NCBI RefSeq assembly: GCF_004010195.1
Contig: NC_057719.1
Span: forward strand, 57,577,023 to 57,641,022
From: Chiloscyllium plagiosum
Taxonomy: Eukaryota
Direction of reading: 5' to 3'
Length of the DNA stretch: 64,000 nt
A model generated the notes under the pieces. The model did not search any database. It saw only the letters and a list, made by a program, of their open reading frames with translations, and was not told the DNA's origin. Position numbers and translations under genes: made by a program. Each line of letters starts with the position of its first letter. Position 1 is the first letter of the stretch. Of this stretch, positions 25,501-39,269 are shown piece after piece.

Positions 25501-28469
25501 ATAAGCTACAAATCAATCTCAGGGCATTCTCTTGAATTACTTTGTCTTTATGGTACCAATCTTATAATTTATTACCTTAATTCTGAACTGTTTCATAAGT
25601 GGAATGTGTTTTTGAGAATTACTTTAACAAGTTCTTTCATAATCTTATTTGTCACTATTATTAATCATAATTAGTCCTCAGTTTTCTCTTTTCAGTCTTG
25701 CCACATAGGTAAAAATTCTTTGAGACTCATTTGTTGGTTATAGGTCAAGGCGTAGAGTCAGGGGAAAGCCCAACTCTGCAACACCAACTTTTAAAAATGG
25801 CCACCCATCCTTTATAATTTTGTTTTGGGTGTGGGCTGCATTTAGGAGTTAAGCTAGTCAACACAATAAGACCTTTAGAGTGTGCCCAGTTTTTGACAAA
25901 AGGCTGGGTGGAAAGCTTGCTTGGCGCCTCCATTGCTCTGTACAGAGTTCCAATATAAAGAGTTAAATAGGATCAAAATGGCTTTTGGTCTTATTCCTAT
26001 TCCACACACTCTGCTTGCCTCTATTGTCCAGTTTACGGCTTCTATTCTCTGTGCTAACAGATGCCTATCTACCCGCCTTCATGGCATCTCATACAGTCTA
26101 TGGTAACAAATGCCTTTTTCCCCACCCATGGAATCTCATACACAAAGCCAACCTATGCCAACCTATGCCAACCTACCAATTTTCAATTACCTCTTATGTC
26201 AACCTAAGCCCATAGATCCATTCCCCAGGGCCTCTCATACACCCTATGCCAACCTATGCCGTTGCAAACCTCCCCCTCTCAGACATCCTGTACCATTCAA
26301 TGCCATGTACCCATTTCTTATGACCTCCAATGGCACCTGTTGCGCCCAATGCCCATCTTCATATGCCACCAATCATCCTCTTGACCCTTTTCAGTCACTC
26401 TGCAAACTCAGTAGCAACTCATCTCCCACTCACCACCCTTTACCCCTCTCTTTTCATGCCAACTCACCTCTTATTAATTAGGTGACATTTTGACTGAAAG
26501 TAACGCTGCCAGTATTTTAGGTATGTCATTATTCTCTAATACAAAACAAACATCTAATAGAAGGAAATTGCAACAAAAAAAGCACAAAAAGAAACAAACA
26601 TTTCACTTGTGCTCAATGTCTTATATAAACAAATCTTTCACTTGTGGTTAGTACTTAATGTCAAAAATCTCACCTAAGTACTTAAAATCCTTATGTCAAT
26701 AAATGTATTCATTATCCATCAATAGGCACTTCAGTATGAGAATGATTGTTTGGGAAAACAATTATGCAGCATAAATCCTAAATTGGTATTATGTAGCCAG
26801 ATATTCTCAAATACCTACTGCTTTCTTTAATTGCGCACATTTTAAAAGCCCCAGTGAGTTCATGCAAATTTTGGTAAGTCAGGAGATGAGATGTTGACTG
26901 CAGAATTCCTAGTCACTGATCTACTCTTGTAGCCATAGTATTTATAAGGCTTGCCTAGTCCAGGTCCTTCTCATGTGTAACACAGTATCTCAACACTTTT
27001 AGACAGGTTAACATTCAATGAATCTTGTTGACAGGTCCTGACAAGTTAGGCAGTTCCAATGGGTGTATGCACAACATTCACACAATCTTCTTCATAGTTA
27101 ACAGTCCCAAAGATACCTGATGCCCCAACCCAAAAAATGACCATCCCCCCCAACACTCAACAAGATGTCATATGATCATGTCCGCAGGGGTACCTCAGCA
27201 TTCCAAATAGATGCCCTGACTATCCAAATTAACCACACTGAGAATCGGCCTGCTCTTTCCTGGTCTAATCTCCACATCCTGGGTTGCACATTTCAGGGAT
27301 TCCAAAATCTGAATTCAGTGGAGGCAGCTGATCACCTAAATATTCAGCTGACTCCAAGAACTGTACATATACCAAATATGCCCCACACACAATCCTCTCC
27401 ACATGCAAACTTGAGAAGCTAGGATTTGGAGGAGGACTGTTGGTTCCAAGCAAATCTGGCAATTTTGCCAGGCAGAGACAATCTCTGTCCTGGCAAAAAT
27501 TAGGGCTTCATTTCAGGTATAATCCTTGAATTGTTTTTTTGCACCTTTTCCAATGGTTCTGTAATCGTTTGATAATATAGGGGCTCGATCTGTCCAGGAT
27601 GAACAGTGTGGTCTGATCAAGCTTTTACATAGGTTTAACATAAATTCTCCACTTTGCGGTTCTATTCCTCCTGAAAGCAAACTTATGTAGAAGAGTAAAA
27701 AATGAAGCTTGTTTGCACTGCCTGCTCGATGGCTCAAGTTCATTCCATATTGCAACAGATATAAATTTATAGAAATATAAGTGAGATTTCCTACATTACA
27801 ATATCCAGACAAAGAACAATTGAGAGTTAAATTATCTGTTATTGGCTCTTCAGATGTCTGCTGCCACTAGAATATGTATGTTTTCCAGTTTGACATATGT
27901 CACATTTTCCATACTGAGAATGACTCGAATTGTCTTGGGTATGCTCCAATACCAAGACTATGTATATGTTTGCCACATGCCCCTATACCGGCAATAAAAT
28001 CGATCCAGGCAGTCTGCAATTAGGCATAGGCCTTGGGTTTTGCTTATCTCCATTTAGCTTAAGTACAAGTTTTTGCTGTGCTTGTTTACTGTTTCCATGG
28101 TGATGACAGACTTTGAGAACAATGAATTTTAATTGTAATTAGAATCTATTTTCAGCACCATTTTTCTAATTCCAACACAGAATAAATAAGATAAATGAAA
28201 ACTATACTAATTGAATACCATCCTTTAACCGGAAATCTTGATAGTAAACTACATTACAATAAATTTTAATAATGAAAATTAGTAAAAGGCTTTTGTAAGA
28301 TATGATTCAAAATTAACAAAAGTTCAAACCATCAGCTCCCCAGATACAAGGCGATAAACAAAAAGAATTGTAGACATCTCTCTTTCTCTCCTCTCGCTTT
28401 TCAAGCAATAATTGTATCGCCTTAATATAAGGCCACATGTGAAGCAAATTTTGATTTTCAATCAACAGC

Positions 28470-28660
28470 AACAGCTTGTACTTATATCGTACCTTTGATG
28501 TCGTGAAGGAATCCTAATGCACTTCTCAGGAATGCTATTGAATAACATTTCACACTGAGCCACATGAAGTTACAAGAGGAAGAACCAGAATCTTCGTTAA
28601 AGGAACAGGTTTCAAGGAACATTTCAAAGAAGAAAAAAGAGGTTTGGAGAAGAAGCTTGA
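28470..28660 (-). mobile_element. Old L2-type 3' end
   Basis: Resembles 44850-45060 (ttgtacttata...ttcacagg...gagccacatga...tcttggtcaaag). Confidence 0.45.
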
Positions 28661-28829
28661 ATGCTAAGTCTTACTATCTAACCCTTTTAATAGGATGCTA
28701 AATATCATGGAGTTAAAGGTAACAAGGCAAACTGGTGTGAATAAATTATATGCATTTGAAGACCATTGACGAAAGAAAAAATCTAAAAGGGGACTGGGAT
28801 TTATGGCATGTGGTTGTTAATGAACTCCA

Positions 28830-29685
28830 AATTAGAGTGGTGCTGGAAAAGCACAGCAGGTCAGGCAGCATCCGAGGAGCAGGAAAATCGATGTTTCAGG
28901 CAAAAGCCCTTAATCAGAAATGAGGCAGGGAGCCTCCAAAGTGGAGAGATAAATGGGAGGGGAGTGGGGCTGGGGAGAAGGTAGCCATGAGTACAATAGG
29001 TGGATGGGGGTGGGGATGAAGGTGATAGGTCAGAGAGGGGGGTGGAGTGGATAGGTGGGAAGAAAGATTGGCAGGTAGGACGGTTCATGAGGATGGTGCT
29101 GAGCTGAAAGGATGGAACTGGAGTAAGGTTGGGGGAGGGGAAATGAGGAAACTGGTGAAGTCCACATTGATGCCTTGGGGTTGAAGGGTTCCGAGGCGGA
29201 AGATGAGGCATTCTTCCTCCAGGCATTGGGTGGTGAGGGAGCGTGGTGGTGGAGGAGACCCAGGACCTGCATGTCCTCAGCAGAGTGGCGTGGACCTGAC
29301 CAGGTAGTCACGGAGGGAACAGTCTTTGCGGAAGGTGGAATGGGGTGGGGAGGGAAATATATCTCTGGTGGTGGGGTCCGTTTGGAGGTGGTGGAAATAT
29401 TGGCGGATGATGCAGTTAATGCGAAGGTTGATAGGGTGGAAGGTGAGGACGGTGGGGGGGGGGGGGGCTTCTGTCCTTGTTACAGTTGGAGGGGTGGGGT
29501 TTGAGGGCGGAGATGCGGGATGTGGATGAGATGTGTTGGAGGGCATCTTCAGCCATGTTGGAAGGGAAATTGCGATCTCTAAAAAAGGAGGCCATCTGGA
29601 GTGTTCTGTGGTGGAACTGGTCCTCCTGGGAGCAGATATGGTGGAGGTGGAGGAATTGGGAATATGGGATGACATTTTTGCAGAG
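28830..29685 (-). mobile_element. Penelope-like element 3' fragment (RT thumb, partial endonuclease, hammerhead-bearing tail) inserted in a CR1 ORF1
   Basis: IPYSQFLHLHHICSQEDQFHHRTLQMASFFRDRNFP and VLTFHPINLRI...LQTDP. Tail catttCTGATTAagggcttttgcctGAAACatc. GAACTCCA flanks both sides (28822-28829 and 29686-29693). Confidence 0.88.
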
Positions 29686-30315
29686 GAACTCCACCTCAGA
29701 GTTGATGAACTGGAGTCTGAGCTTCAAATACTGACATATCAGGAAGGGGGGAGAGTTACCTGGATATGGTGTTTCGGGAGGCAGTCAGCTTATTAAATTA
29801 ACCTCGAATTTGGTCAATGGTCTGGGACAGGAGGGTGTGACGATGAGCATGGCAGGGAGGCATCCAGGAAGTAACAGTGAAGGAATCTCAGACCTTGAGC
29901 ATTTTCAACAGATTTGAGATTCTTGCTCCCTGTGTGAATGAGAGGGTGGGATGGCTGTCAGAAGGATGAGCAAACTGACATTGGCACCATGGTATAGGGA
30001 GCTATTCAAAAGGGAGGAGTAAAGGGAAATGTAGTTGTAGTCGGGAATAGTACAATTAGGGGAACAGATAGTGTTCTCTGTGATCAGGATCAAGAGGCCC
30101 AAAGGTTGTATTTCCTGTCTTGTGCCCGAGTTCAGGATATCTCATCTGGGCTGCAGAGGAACTTAGAGTGGGAGGGGAAAGATCCAGTTGTCATGGTTCA
30201 TGTAGTTATCGATATAGATATAAAGAAGAAACAGATTCTATTGAGGGAATATGAGCAACTTGGGGCTAAATTAGAAACCAGAATCAGAAAGGTAATAACT
30301 TCTGGGTTACTTCCT
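29686..30315 (+). mobile_element. CR1 ORF1 (coiled-coil plus esterase) fragment
   Basis: ELHLRVDELESELQIL and ARVQDISSGLQRNLEWEGKDPVVMVHV...KVITSGLLP. Confidence 0.8.
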
Positions 30316-31729
30316 TGCAAGTCAAGGCAAGGATGCTGTGACCATCCAGTTAGGTTCAGAATGAGTGAGCGCAATGACAGCAAGCAAGGAGTCCAAAGAT
30401 GCAACCTGGACCAATCTTTGAGCTGGGTGCATGTCCCTGTGCTCAAAGTGTTCTCATTACTATATTACACGACAACTAGAGGAGAAGCATTAAAGTGCTG
30501 AAGCATCCTGTGAGTGGACCTGAGATGTGTTCCGGGTGTTCACAGAGGTTGAGACATGCAGGATGTCAATGTCTGTGAGCATAGATCGCATGTGGCTGGT
30601 GCCCGAGATGCTGGTGCCCAATGTCCAACATGGAGGTCTCTTGGAGCAAATAACATGTTCAATCTGCCGAGAACCACTCTGGTTTCCATGTTACATTTTC
30701 CCAACCGTTAGTGTGACAAGTTTGGACAGATTGCAACCTGTGGTGAATTGGATTGTTAACAAGCCACTTAACCAGCAACAGAGAGTGTCTCACTGGTAAG
30801 AATCTTGCTATGTCAATTGAACAAAGTGGGAACTTGGTGAAAAATGATCTCAACATCAAGGTGACCATCTCACTCAATTCTGCCACTCATCATAATCCAT
30901 GTCACTCAGATAACATCCCATCAAGACTTGGTCACATTCGTGACAACAGCATGAGGGTGGTAAATGAGAAGTTATCGCCAGATTGAACAACTTTACTGAT
31001 ATGAGGGATATAGGAAGACACTCCACACAAAAATATCAGAAAAGAAAACTACAAAGAGAAAAAGAGAAAATTGAGAAAAAAACAAAAGCTAACAATGAGA
31101 AAGGAAACAAAGTGGGGACAGAAATTTCAAACTAAATTCTTGAAGTCTGTTTAGAAGGTTGTCAAGTGTCACATTAAAGGAAGTATAAAAATATCATGTT
31201 TTGCTACAATGTACTTGATAATGATGAGACCATGCTAAATGTACTGCATATAATAGCACATGCCAAACAATTTTCCAATACAACTCCACTTTAATACTTG
31301 AAAATTAATTCAGTCCATGATGCTAACAAAAGCAAAACAGCAATAAAGCACCATAGAAACAGAGTACATAAGTGTTAAAGTTTGCATATTATAGATCAAT
31401 ATATACTTTACCTCATGTGTATGAAAATCTGGAATGAATGTCCTGGACCCTGGGTCATGTACTCCTCTCTCCCAAAGGAGCCAGCAAAATTACCATTCCC
31501 CACCACACTGACTGCACATCCTCATATGCCACTCTTCAAACACTTACCACATTAAAACCTCACTGAATTGTTCAAAACTAGCTCATAATTAAATGAAAAT
31601 TTAACCATACCTTTTCCATCAATTTTAAAATATTCAAAATGTTGGTGAATATGAAACAGTTTCTGTGACCTTAGCATGATGTTATGGAGATTGCCTGGAT
31701 GCTGAGGCAGAGATTGATTGCTATGTCCA

Positions 31730-32240
31730 ATTTTAACATCAGGCACACATTTCTGGGCACCACACATTAACAAGGATGTGAAGGCATTGGACGAAGTGCA
31801 GAAAAGATTCCTGAGAATGGAGACTGAACTGAGGAACATCAGATTGGTGAAATTGGTAATGGTTTTCTTGGAGAAGACTGAGTTGAACAGAGATCTGATC
31901 AAGATATTCAAAATCATGAGAGGCCTAAATAGAGTAAATAGGCAGAATTTGTTACCACTTGTGACAAGATCAAAATCTAGACATTGTAGTTTTATGATAA
32001 TTGACAAAAGAAGCAAAGGCAAAGTGAGGAAAAGCTGATTCACAATATGTATAAGATCTGGAATGCACTGTCTGAGACCGTGACAGAGACAGATTCAATT
32101 GAAGCAGTCAAAAGGGAGTTAGGCTATTATTTGAAAAGTAATAATGTGCAAAAACGTAAGACGGATGTTAAGTGGAAAGTCGGTGCTGACACAATTAGTT
32201 GAATTGGACTCCTTCTTCAATCTAATAATTCAGTGATTCT
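31730..32240 (+). mobile_element. Old CR1 3' fragment
   Basis: HFWAPHINKDVKALDEVQKRFLRM...DLIKIFKIMRG. Confidence 0.8.
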
Positions 32241-34289
32241 GCTTATACTGTAAGTTTCTTATCCCAGAGCGTGCTTATGAAAGTGTGCTCATGGACATGT
32301 TTAGAAGTCTTCACCCACCAATTAGAGAATCTGAGAAGAGGGCATGACTGTTTAAATATTTAAATCAAGTAGGAATCAGTTGAAAAAATTCTGGATATGA
32401 TCCAAAGGAGGCTCAGAATATCCTTAAGGCCTGACTAGATATTACAATGGAATCATACTTCAAGGAATGCTAAAGGAAATTATGGGTGGAGATTAGAGAT
32501 TATTTTTTCTTGAAATTTCATATCACTTTTTCCCGAAGTTAGGCTAGACACAGACTATTGATTTAGCTTTACTGGCAGGAGAAATCCATTTAGCAGTAAC
32601 ACGAAAGCTGCAATGCATATGCACCCTAATTATGTACATCTCACTTGACAGAGGAAAAATCTCATTAAACTAAAAAATGGAGCACTGCCAATAGTGTGGT
32701 GAAGACTCTTGGAGAGCGATTGAATGGAAAGTTAATATTATAGTCTAGAGTTTGAGAGGTCAGTTTTCTTGACATTTGCTCCAAGTCGCAAAGGTAGATA
32801 ATTAAGAAGAATTAAAAGGTATTAGAAATTATTTTTAGTATTTTTATTTAAAATATTTTGTGGGAGAGCTAGTTCTGGATTCTGGCACAACTGAGGATTA
32901 ATTATCATCACAATAATGTATCTATCTGATGTTCTTTATACTCTCATTTTTCATGTAGACTGCAATACAGATCATATACTTGAATGTTCCAAAATTAAAC
33001 TTACCTTAAATATAAATTTGTTGCATGTATTACTATCAAAAACACAAAATAGCAAAAAGGTGCTTACAGTTCATTACAAATCTTGAAGATGCCAATTTAT
33101 CAATGCCACTTTCCTTGAAGCAATATGAAATAACTCTGAATTAAAACATGGACACTTAGTTTATAGTTAAAAATAAACTGCAAAGGATATCAAGTGGTGT
33201 ACAGAATATGTTGAGATAATGGTTCAAGTTATTGAAGAAAAATGTACAGCATAGATCTGCCACAGAATGAATTCCTCTCTTGAGACATGCGAATCTTAGC
33301 ACAGAAAAAACAAATTGCAGTGAACAGTAAGAAAATGTGCTCAATCACATACACTAGCTTTGTGCAAGAAGATACAAATGCTCTTTGAAAATGAAAGTCT
33401 TAGAATGAATAAAGAAAGTTTACCATCCAAATGGAACAATGAAAATATTTCCACTGACAGAGGCAAATATTTGCAACTCTGGATCAAATACTACCATGGG
33501 GTTATTCAGGTGAAAATGCTGTTTCTGAAATGGCACTAAATGTGATTCCTGGCTGTTAACCTATCAAACAGGCGAACATAGAGTCATCTATAAATAAATT
33601 TGAAAAAGTAATCATCACTCTAACATCAGAAAAGATGTAGGGAACTGTGGGATTCCAGCTGGAGTATTGAAATGAGGATGACAGCATGTGTTTAAACTTC
33701 CTTACAATGTCTTGCTTGCATATTAGAGGAAGGAAGGAGCACAATGCCAACATAGTTTTATTGGATAAACCCAAAGGGAATTAGAGCAATTGGAGAAACT
33801 AAAGGGGTTTATTTTCTCCTATTGATACTGGCAGAATATAAATTAATGGGTCACTGTTAAAAAAAAATCTGTAATGATTTGCTGAATTATTTTTCAATTA
33901 AATTTTCTGAAAGCTTTCTGATTTTCATGTCAAGGCAAGGAATCTCCAAAAGTCCAATAATAATGATTCCACCAAGCAGAATAGGACCATTCATAAATAT
34001 AGACAGCAAATCAGAAAGTAAAAGTTGCTATTTTTCTTCATAAACGTTTTACAGAGTGTGAAATAAATAATTGTGGCATAAACATGTGGTTAAGGTATAA
34101 ATATTACAACAAGACTTTGTTTTGTAAAATACTATGTTTTATTGTCATCAAGAAATTGAGACACTCCATATATATAATAGTACTTTTTCAGAGTTAGTGA
34201 GGCTGTTCAACTTGAGGAACTGATTTGCATTTCATAATGACTGAAATTGCTCTTGCTGCCATGTTGACTGTGAGCATATACTTGCTGCT

Positions 34290-34745
34290 TTGCTTCAGGC
34301 AGTCCAAAGGAACTTTACAAGATTGATTCAGGCATGGAGGGATTCTCTTATAAGGAGAGGTTGAATTGGTTGGTCTCATTACCATTAAAATTTATAAGTA
34401 TAAGAGATGATCTTACTGAAAAAACATAAGGTCATTCGGGAACTTGACAGGGTAGATGGGAAGATACGTTTTTCTCCTTCTGTGATAGTCCACAACCAGA
34501 AGGCATAATCTCAGAATGAAATGTCATCTATTTAAATAGAAATAAGGAAGTTTTTTTGTCTCAAAAGGTAGCCAATCTGTGATATTATTTACTGTAGAAG
34601 ATTATAGATGTTGGGAATTAAGTATTTTCAGGGCTGAATTAGACAGATTTATTATCAGTAAAGGTTATAGGGAAAAGGCAGGAAAATCAGATGAAGATTA
34701 TTAGATTAATATTGATCCAGTTGAAAGGTGGAGTAGATTAGATGG
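34290..34745 (+). mobile_element. Old CR1 3' fragment
   Basis: Degenerate ORF2 C-terminus (ataagagatgatcttactgaaa...aaccagaaggcataatctcaga) and 3' UTR. Confidence 0.65.
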
Positions 34746-36204
34746 TCAGATTTCCTGCATTGGCAAACACAATGCTCTCTTACATTACGTTTCTTCCAAA
34801 GGTCTTGCAACACAGGACAGCTTCATGGTGAGTACTGGGCATAGCAATTCCCATGTGGTTCACTTGCTTGCTGTGTCCTCGCTGCATCAAAGCTCCTAGC
34901 TTCACCAATGTATGCGGATGGTGTGATCCAGCCACAATGCTTTCACATTTTCTCCTACTTTTAGCAGTGTGTCAAAATCATGATGCTTTTTGACAAACGG
35001 TCTTTTTGAGAGGCTTTGATTGTGTAAAACTATGAATAGTTCCGTCAGCCATTTAGAGCACTAGGTTTCTGAAAAATTACAGTCTGTGTCATTATTGTGA
35101 CACATTGCTGACAAATTGATTAATTAATTCTTATGGCTGCTGTCTACGTGTAATCAGCTCCAATTTATGGTAGCTGGAAGTTCATCTTTACATGAAATTG
35201 ATGATTCAAAATGTGCCACAGTTTAACATGGTCCTTCTAATCCTTTTCAAACAGACCTGAAGATTTGACTTTGTGTAATTTCTTGTTTCCAATGGTTATT
35301 CTTATTCTCACATTTGCTTTTCAGATTCTGTGAGAGACCCTAATGCTCAAAAAAGTGTAATTCATCTGTTATTTAAAAGAACTAAATTTGGATGGAACAC
35401 CTATGGCCTTCCAATTAATGCTGGCAGATTATTGGGTTATTGCTTTGAAGTTTCCTATCTTTTCCAAATGACAAATTGGCTGTGTAAATAGATATAAATT
35501 ACAATGATACTGTTATGATATGAAGACATGGCTGCAGGATGACCAAAGAACTGAATATCCAGGAATATTTATTATTTAGGAAGGACATTCAAAAAAGGAA
35601 AAATTAGATCTAGAGACACATACAATTATCATAAAAAGCAGCAAGCCTGAGCATTGGGAGCATTTCAAAATTCAGTAAAAGAGGACAAAAGGCTTGATCA
35701 AGTAGTAAAAAAAGAGTATGAAACTGAAATTGTAGTAAGGATAAAGCTTCTATAAATATGTTAAGAGAGAAAGAATAGTAAAGGCAAATGTCGATCTCTT
35801 GCAATCAGAAGCTGGAGAATTATAATGGAAAATAAATAAATGGCAGATGATCCAAATGCATACTTTAGTTCTGCTTTCACAAAAGATGGCACAAATAACC
35901 TTCCAGAAATGTTAGGGAACCAAGTGTGTAGAGAAATGGCAGTATCAAAGGAAATCAGTATGAAAATGGTGCCGAGGAAATTAATGGAGCGAAAGGCTGA
36001 CAAATCACCAGGGCCTGTTAATCTGCATCTCAGAATGCTAGCGGATATGGCCCTGGAAATATTGAATGCATTGGTGTAGTCTTTCAAAATTCTAGAGACT
36101 CTGGAGCAGTTCTTACAGATTAGAGGGTGAAAGATGTTACCAGATTATTTTAAAAGGGAGGAAGAGAAAAAAAAGCATTACAGATCAGCTAGTCTGAGTT
36201 CCGA

Positions 36205-37224
36205 GGGAGTGGTGCTGAACAAAGAGATCTTGGAGAGCAGGTTCATAGCTCCTTGACAGTCGCAGGTGAATATGATAATGAAGAAGATATTTGTTATTTT
36301 AGTTTAGATTAAAATAACAATTTGGAAACAGGCCCTTTGGCCCAACCAGTCCACACCAACCCTCCAAAGAGTAACCCACCCAGGCCCAATTCCCTCTGAC
36401 TAATGCACCCAACACTATGTGCAATTTAGCATGGCCAATTCACCTGACCTGCACATCTTTGGATTGTGGGAGGAAACCCACACAGACATGGGGAGAATGT
36501 GCAAACTCCACACAGACTGTCACCCAAGGCTAGAATCAAACCTGGGCCCCTAGTGCCGTGAGGCAGCAGTGCTAACTACTGAGCCGCTTTCCTTTTTTGG
36601 TCAGATTATTGAGTATAGGAGTTGGGAGGTCATGTTGAGGCTGTACAGGACATTGGTTAGGCCACTGTTGGAATATTGTGTACAATTCTGGTCTCCTTCC
36701 TATCAGAAAGATGTTGTGAAACTTGAAAGGGTTCAGAAACGATTTATAAGAATGTTGCCAGGGTTGGACGATTTGAGCTATAGGGAGAGGCTGAACAGGC
36801 TGGGGCTGTTTTCCCTGAAGTGTCAGAGGCTGAGGGGTAACCTTATAGAGGTTTACAAAATCATGAGGGGCATAGATAGGATAAATAGACAAAGTATTTC
36901 CCCTGGGGTGGGGGAGACCAAAACTAGAGGGCATAGGTTTAGAGTGAGAGGAGAAAGATATAAAAGAGACCTAAGGGCAACTTTCTCACGCAGAGGGTGG
37001 TACATGTATGGAATGGACTGCCAGAAGAAGCGGTGGAGGCTGGTACAATTGCAACGTTTAAAAGGCGTCTGGATGGGTATATGAATAGGAAGGGTTTGGA
37101 GAGATATGGGCCAGGTGCTGTCAGTTGGGACTCAATTAGGGTGGGGTATCTAGTCGACATGGACAAGTTGGACTGAAAGGTCTGATTCTGTGCTGTACAT
37201 CTCTATGACTCTATGAATCTATGA
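36205..37224 (+). mobile_element. Younger CR1/HER1-type 3' fragment interrupted by a SINE
   Basis: IEYRSWEVMLRLYRTLVRPLLEYCVQFWSP; ends in ctatgactctatga. Confidence 0.9.
36300..36585 (-). mobile_element. HE1-type tRNA-derived V-SINE
   Basis: tRNA-like head, central ggagtttgcacattctcccc...gggtttcctcccac..tccaaagatgtgcag domain, tail gggcctgtttcc. Confidence 0.88.
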
Positions 37225-37839
37225 CATGAGTAGTGAGGAAAATGCTAGTCTATTACAAAGGATGTGGTAACAGAACATATGGACAGCATTAAAAGAATTG
37301 GACAAAGCTAGTTATAAAATGAAAACCATGCTTAGCAAATCTAATGGAGCTTTTTTAGGATGCAATAATTTGAATAAATAAAGGAGAACAAATGAATATA
37401 TTTGGATTTTCAGACAGCTTTTGATAAGGTCCCACATAAGAGATCAGTGAAGCAAGTTAAAGCATATAGGATACGGGACTACATATTAGCATGGATCAAG
37501 TCTTGCTTGGCAGACAAGAAACAGAGGATGGGAATAAATAAATCTTTTCATGAGTGACAGGCCAGTTATAATGAACTGAGTTTTCAAGAATGAGCAGTAA
37601 ACTCCTTGAATCATACAAAGTTCTGAGAGAGTTTGAGAAGTTCAATGCTGAGAGCCCATTTTCCTCTGAGGTATGCCCTTAACTAGGATCATAATTTCCA
37701 GATAAAAGTCCACAATTTTTTGAAAACTTTCTTCAAATTGCAAATATTCAAAACCCTGTCTCCCAGTGAGCTGTGAATGTTGAATATATCCAAAATTGAA
37801 AATACTAGGTCTTTGGACAGTAAGGAAAATCAAAACATA

Positions 37840-38730
37840 TGTGAATGTAGTGGACAGCGAAGAAGGTTATCTCAGATTACAACATGATCTTAATCAGATG
37901 GTCGAATGGGCTGAGACAAGGCAGATAGAGTTTAATTTAGATAAATGCAAGGTGCTGCATTTTGGGAAAGCAAATCTTAGCAGGACTTATACACTTAATG
38001 GTAAGGTCCTGGGGAGTGTTGCTGAACAAAGAGACCTTGGAGTGCAGGTTCATAGCTCCTTGAAAGTAGAGTCACAGATAGATAGGATAATGAATAGGTG
38101 TTTGGTATGCTTTCCTTTATTGATCAGAGTATTGAGTACAGGAATTGGGAGGTCATGTTGCAGCTGTACAGGACATTGGTTAGGCCACTGTTGGAATATT
38201 GCGTGCAATTCTGGTCTCCTTCCTATCGGAAAGATGTTATGAAACTTGAAATGATTCAGAAAGAAATTTACAAGGATGTTGCCAGTGTTGGAGGATTTGA
38301 GCTATAGGGAGAGGTTGAATAGGCTAGAGCTGTTTTCCCTGGAGTGTGGGAGGCTGAGGGATGACCTTACAGAGGTTTATAAAATCTTGAGGGGCATGGA
38401 TAGGATAAATAGACCAAATCTTTACCCTGGGGTGGGGGAGTCCAAAACTAGAGGGCATAGGTTTAGGGTGAGAGGGGAAAGATATAAAAGAGACATAAGG
38501 GGCAATCTTTTCATGCAGAGGGTGGTACGTGTATGGAATGAGCTGCCAGAGGAAGTGGTGGAGGCTAGTACAATTGCAACATTTGAAAGGCATCTGGTAT
38601 ATGAATACGAAGGGTTTGGAGGGATATGGGCCAGGTGCTGGCAAGTGGGAATAGCTTGGATTGGGATACCTGGTCATGGACAAGTTGGACCAAAGGTCTG
38701 TTTCTGTGCTGTACATCTCTATGACTCTAT
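37840..38730 (+). mobile_element. CR1/HER1-type 3' fragment
   Basis: VVDSEEGYLRLQHDL...KCKVLHFGK...EYCVQFWSP, with tail. Confidence 0.92.
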
Positions 38731-39023
38731 AATAGAGCAGGAAAATTTAGTTTATATAAAAGTTAACCACAATTTTATGGGATGGTGGTGAAGGTAATCT
38801 AGCTGACTCCTGTGGCTAGTTCTAATTTTCTTAGCTAAATGTGAAATGATTCTGCATTCCATTACATTGATAATAATTTCAACAAGACAGAAAAATCAGA
38901 ATACAGTTTTGTTACTAGGTAACTATTTTATTTGATTCCTTGAATATTTTCGAATGATACATCCTTGAGACAATGACATGGTATCTACGTAAGCCTCGAT
39001 AGTGAAAAAGCAAGTAAATTGAC

Positions 39024-39250
39024 AGGAAGGTGATGGCATAATGGTATTATTAATAGACGACTAATTCACAGATGTAGGTAATGTTCTCAGGATTCAGGCT
39101 CAAATCCTGTCATTGTACAGTTTGAATGCAATGCAAGTCTGGAATTAAGAATCTAATGATAACCACAAAATGATTGCCGGGGAAACGCACATCTGGTTCA
39201 CTAATGCTCTTTAGGGAAGTAAACCACTATCCTTACTTTGTCTGGTCATT
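39024..39250 (+). mobile_element. tRNA-derived SINE of a second family (5' part)
   Basis: ggcataatggtattat (A-box-like), ggctcaaatcc (B-box-like), body tctggttcactaatgctctttagggaag...tccttac. Overlaps the reverse complement of 42535-42710. Confidence 0.6.
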
Positions 39251-39269
39251 TATGCATGAGGACACTTAT

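Larger units (their letters stand above)
35490..37560 (+). mobile_element. Older CR1 (EN-RT pieces 35490-36200 and 37225-37560) hosting a younger CR1
   Basis: YFSSAFTKDG...KADKSPGPVNLHLRML. The RT continues after the insert with ttggattttcagacagcttttgataaggtcccacat (DFQ.AFDKVPH). Confidence 0.75.

Noticed and set aside
30527..30799. LLEQITCSICREPLWFPC resembling the start of a TRIM RING finger
   Set aside because: Only the first CxxC is present. The CxH and CxxC ligands, B-box and splice context are missing, so it cannot be distinguished from chance.
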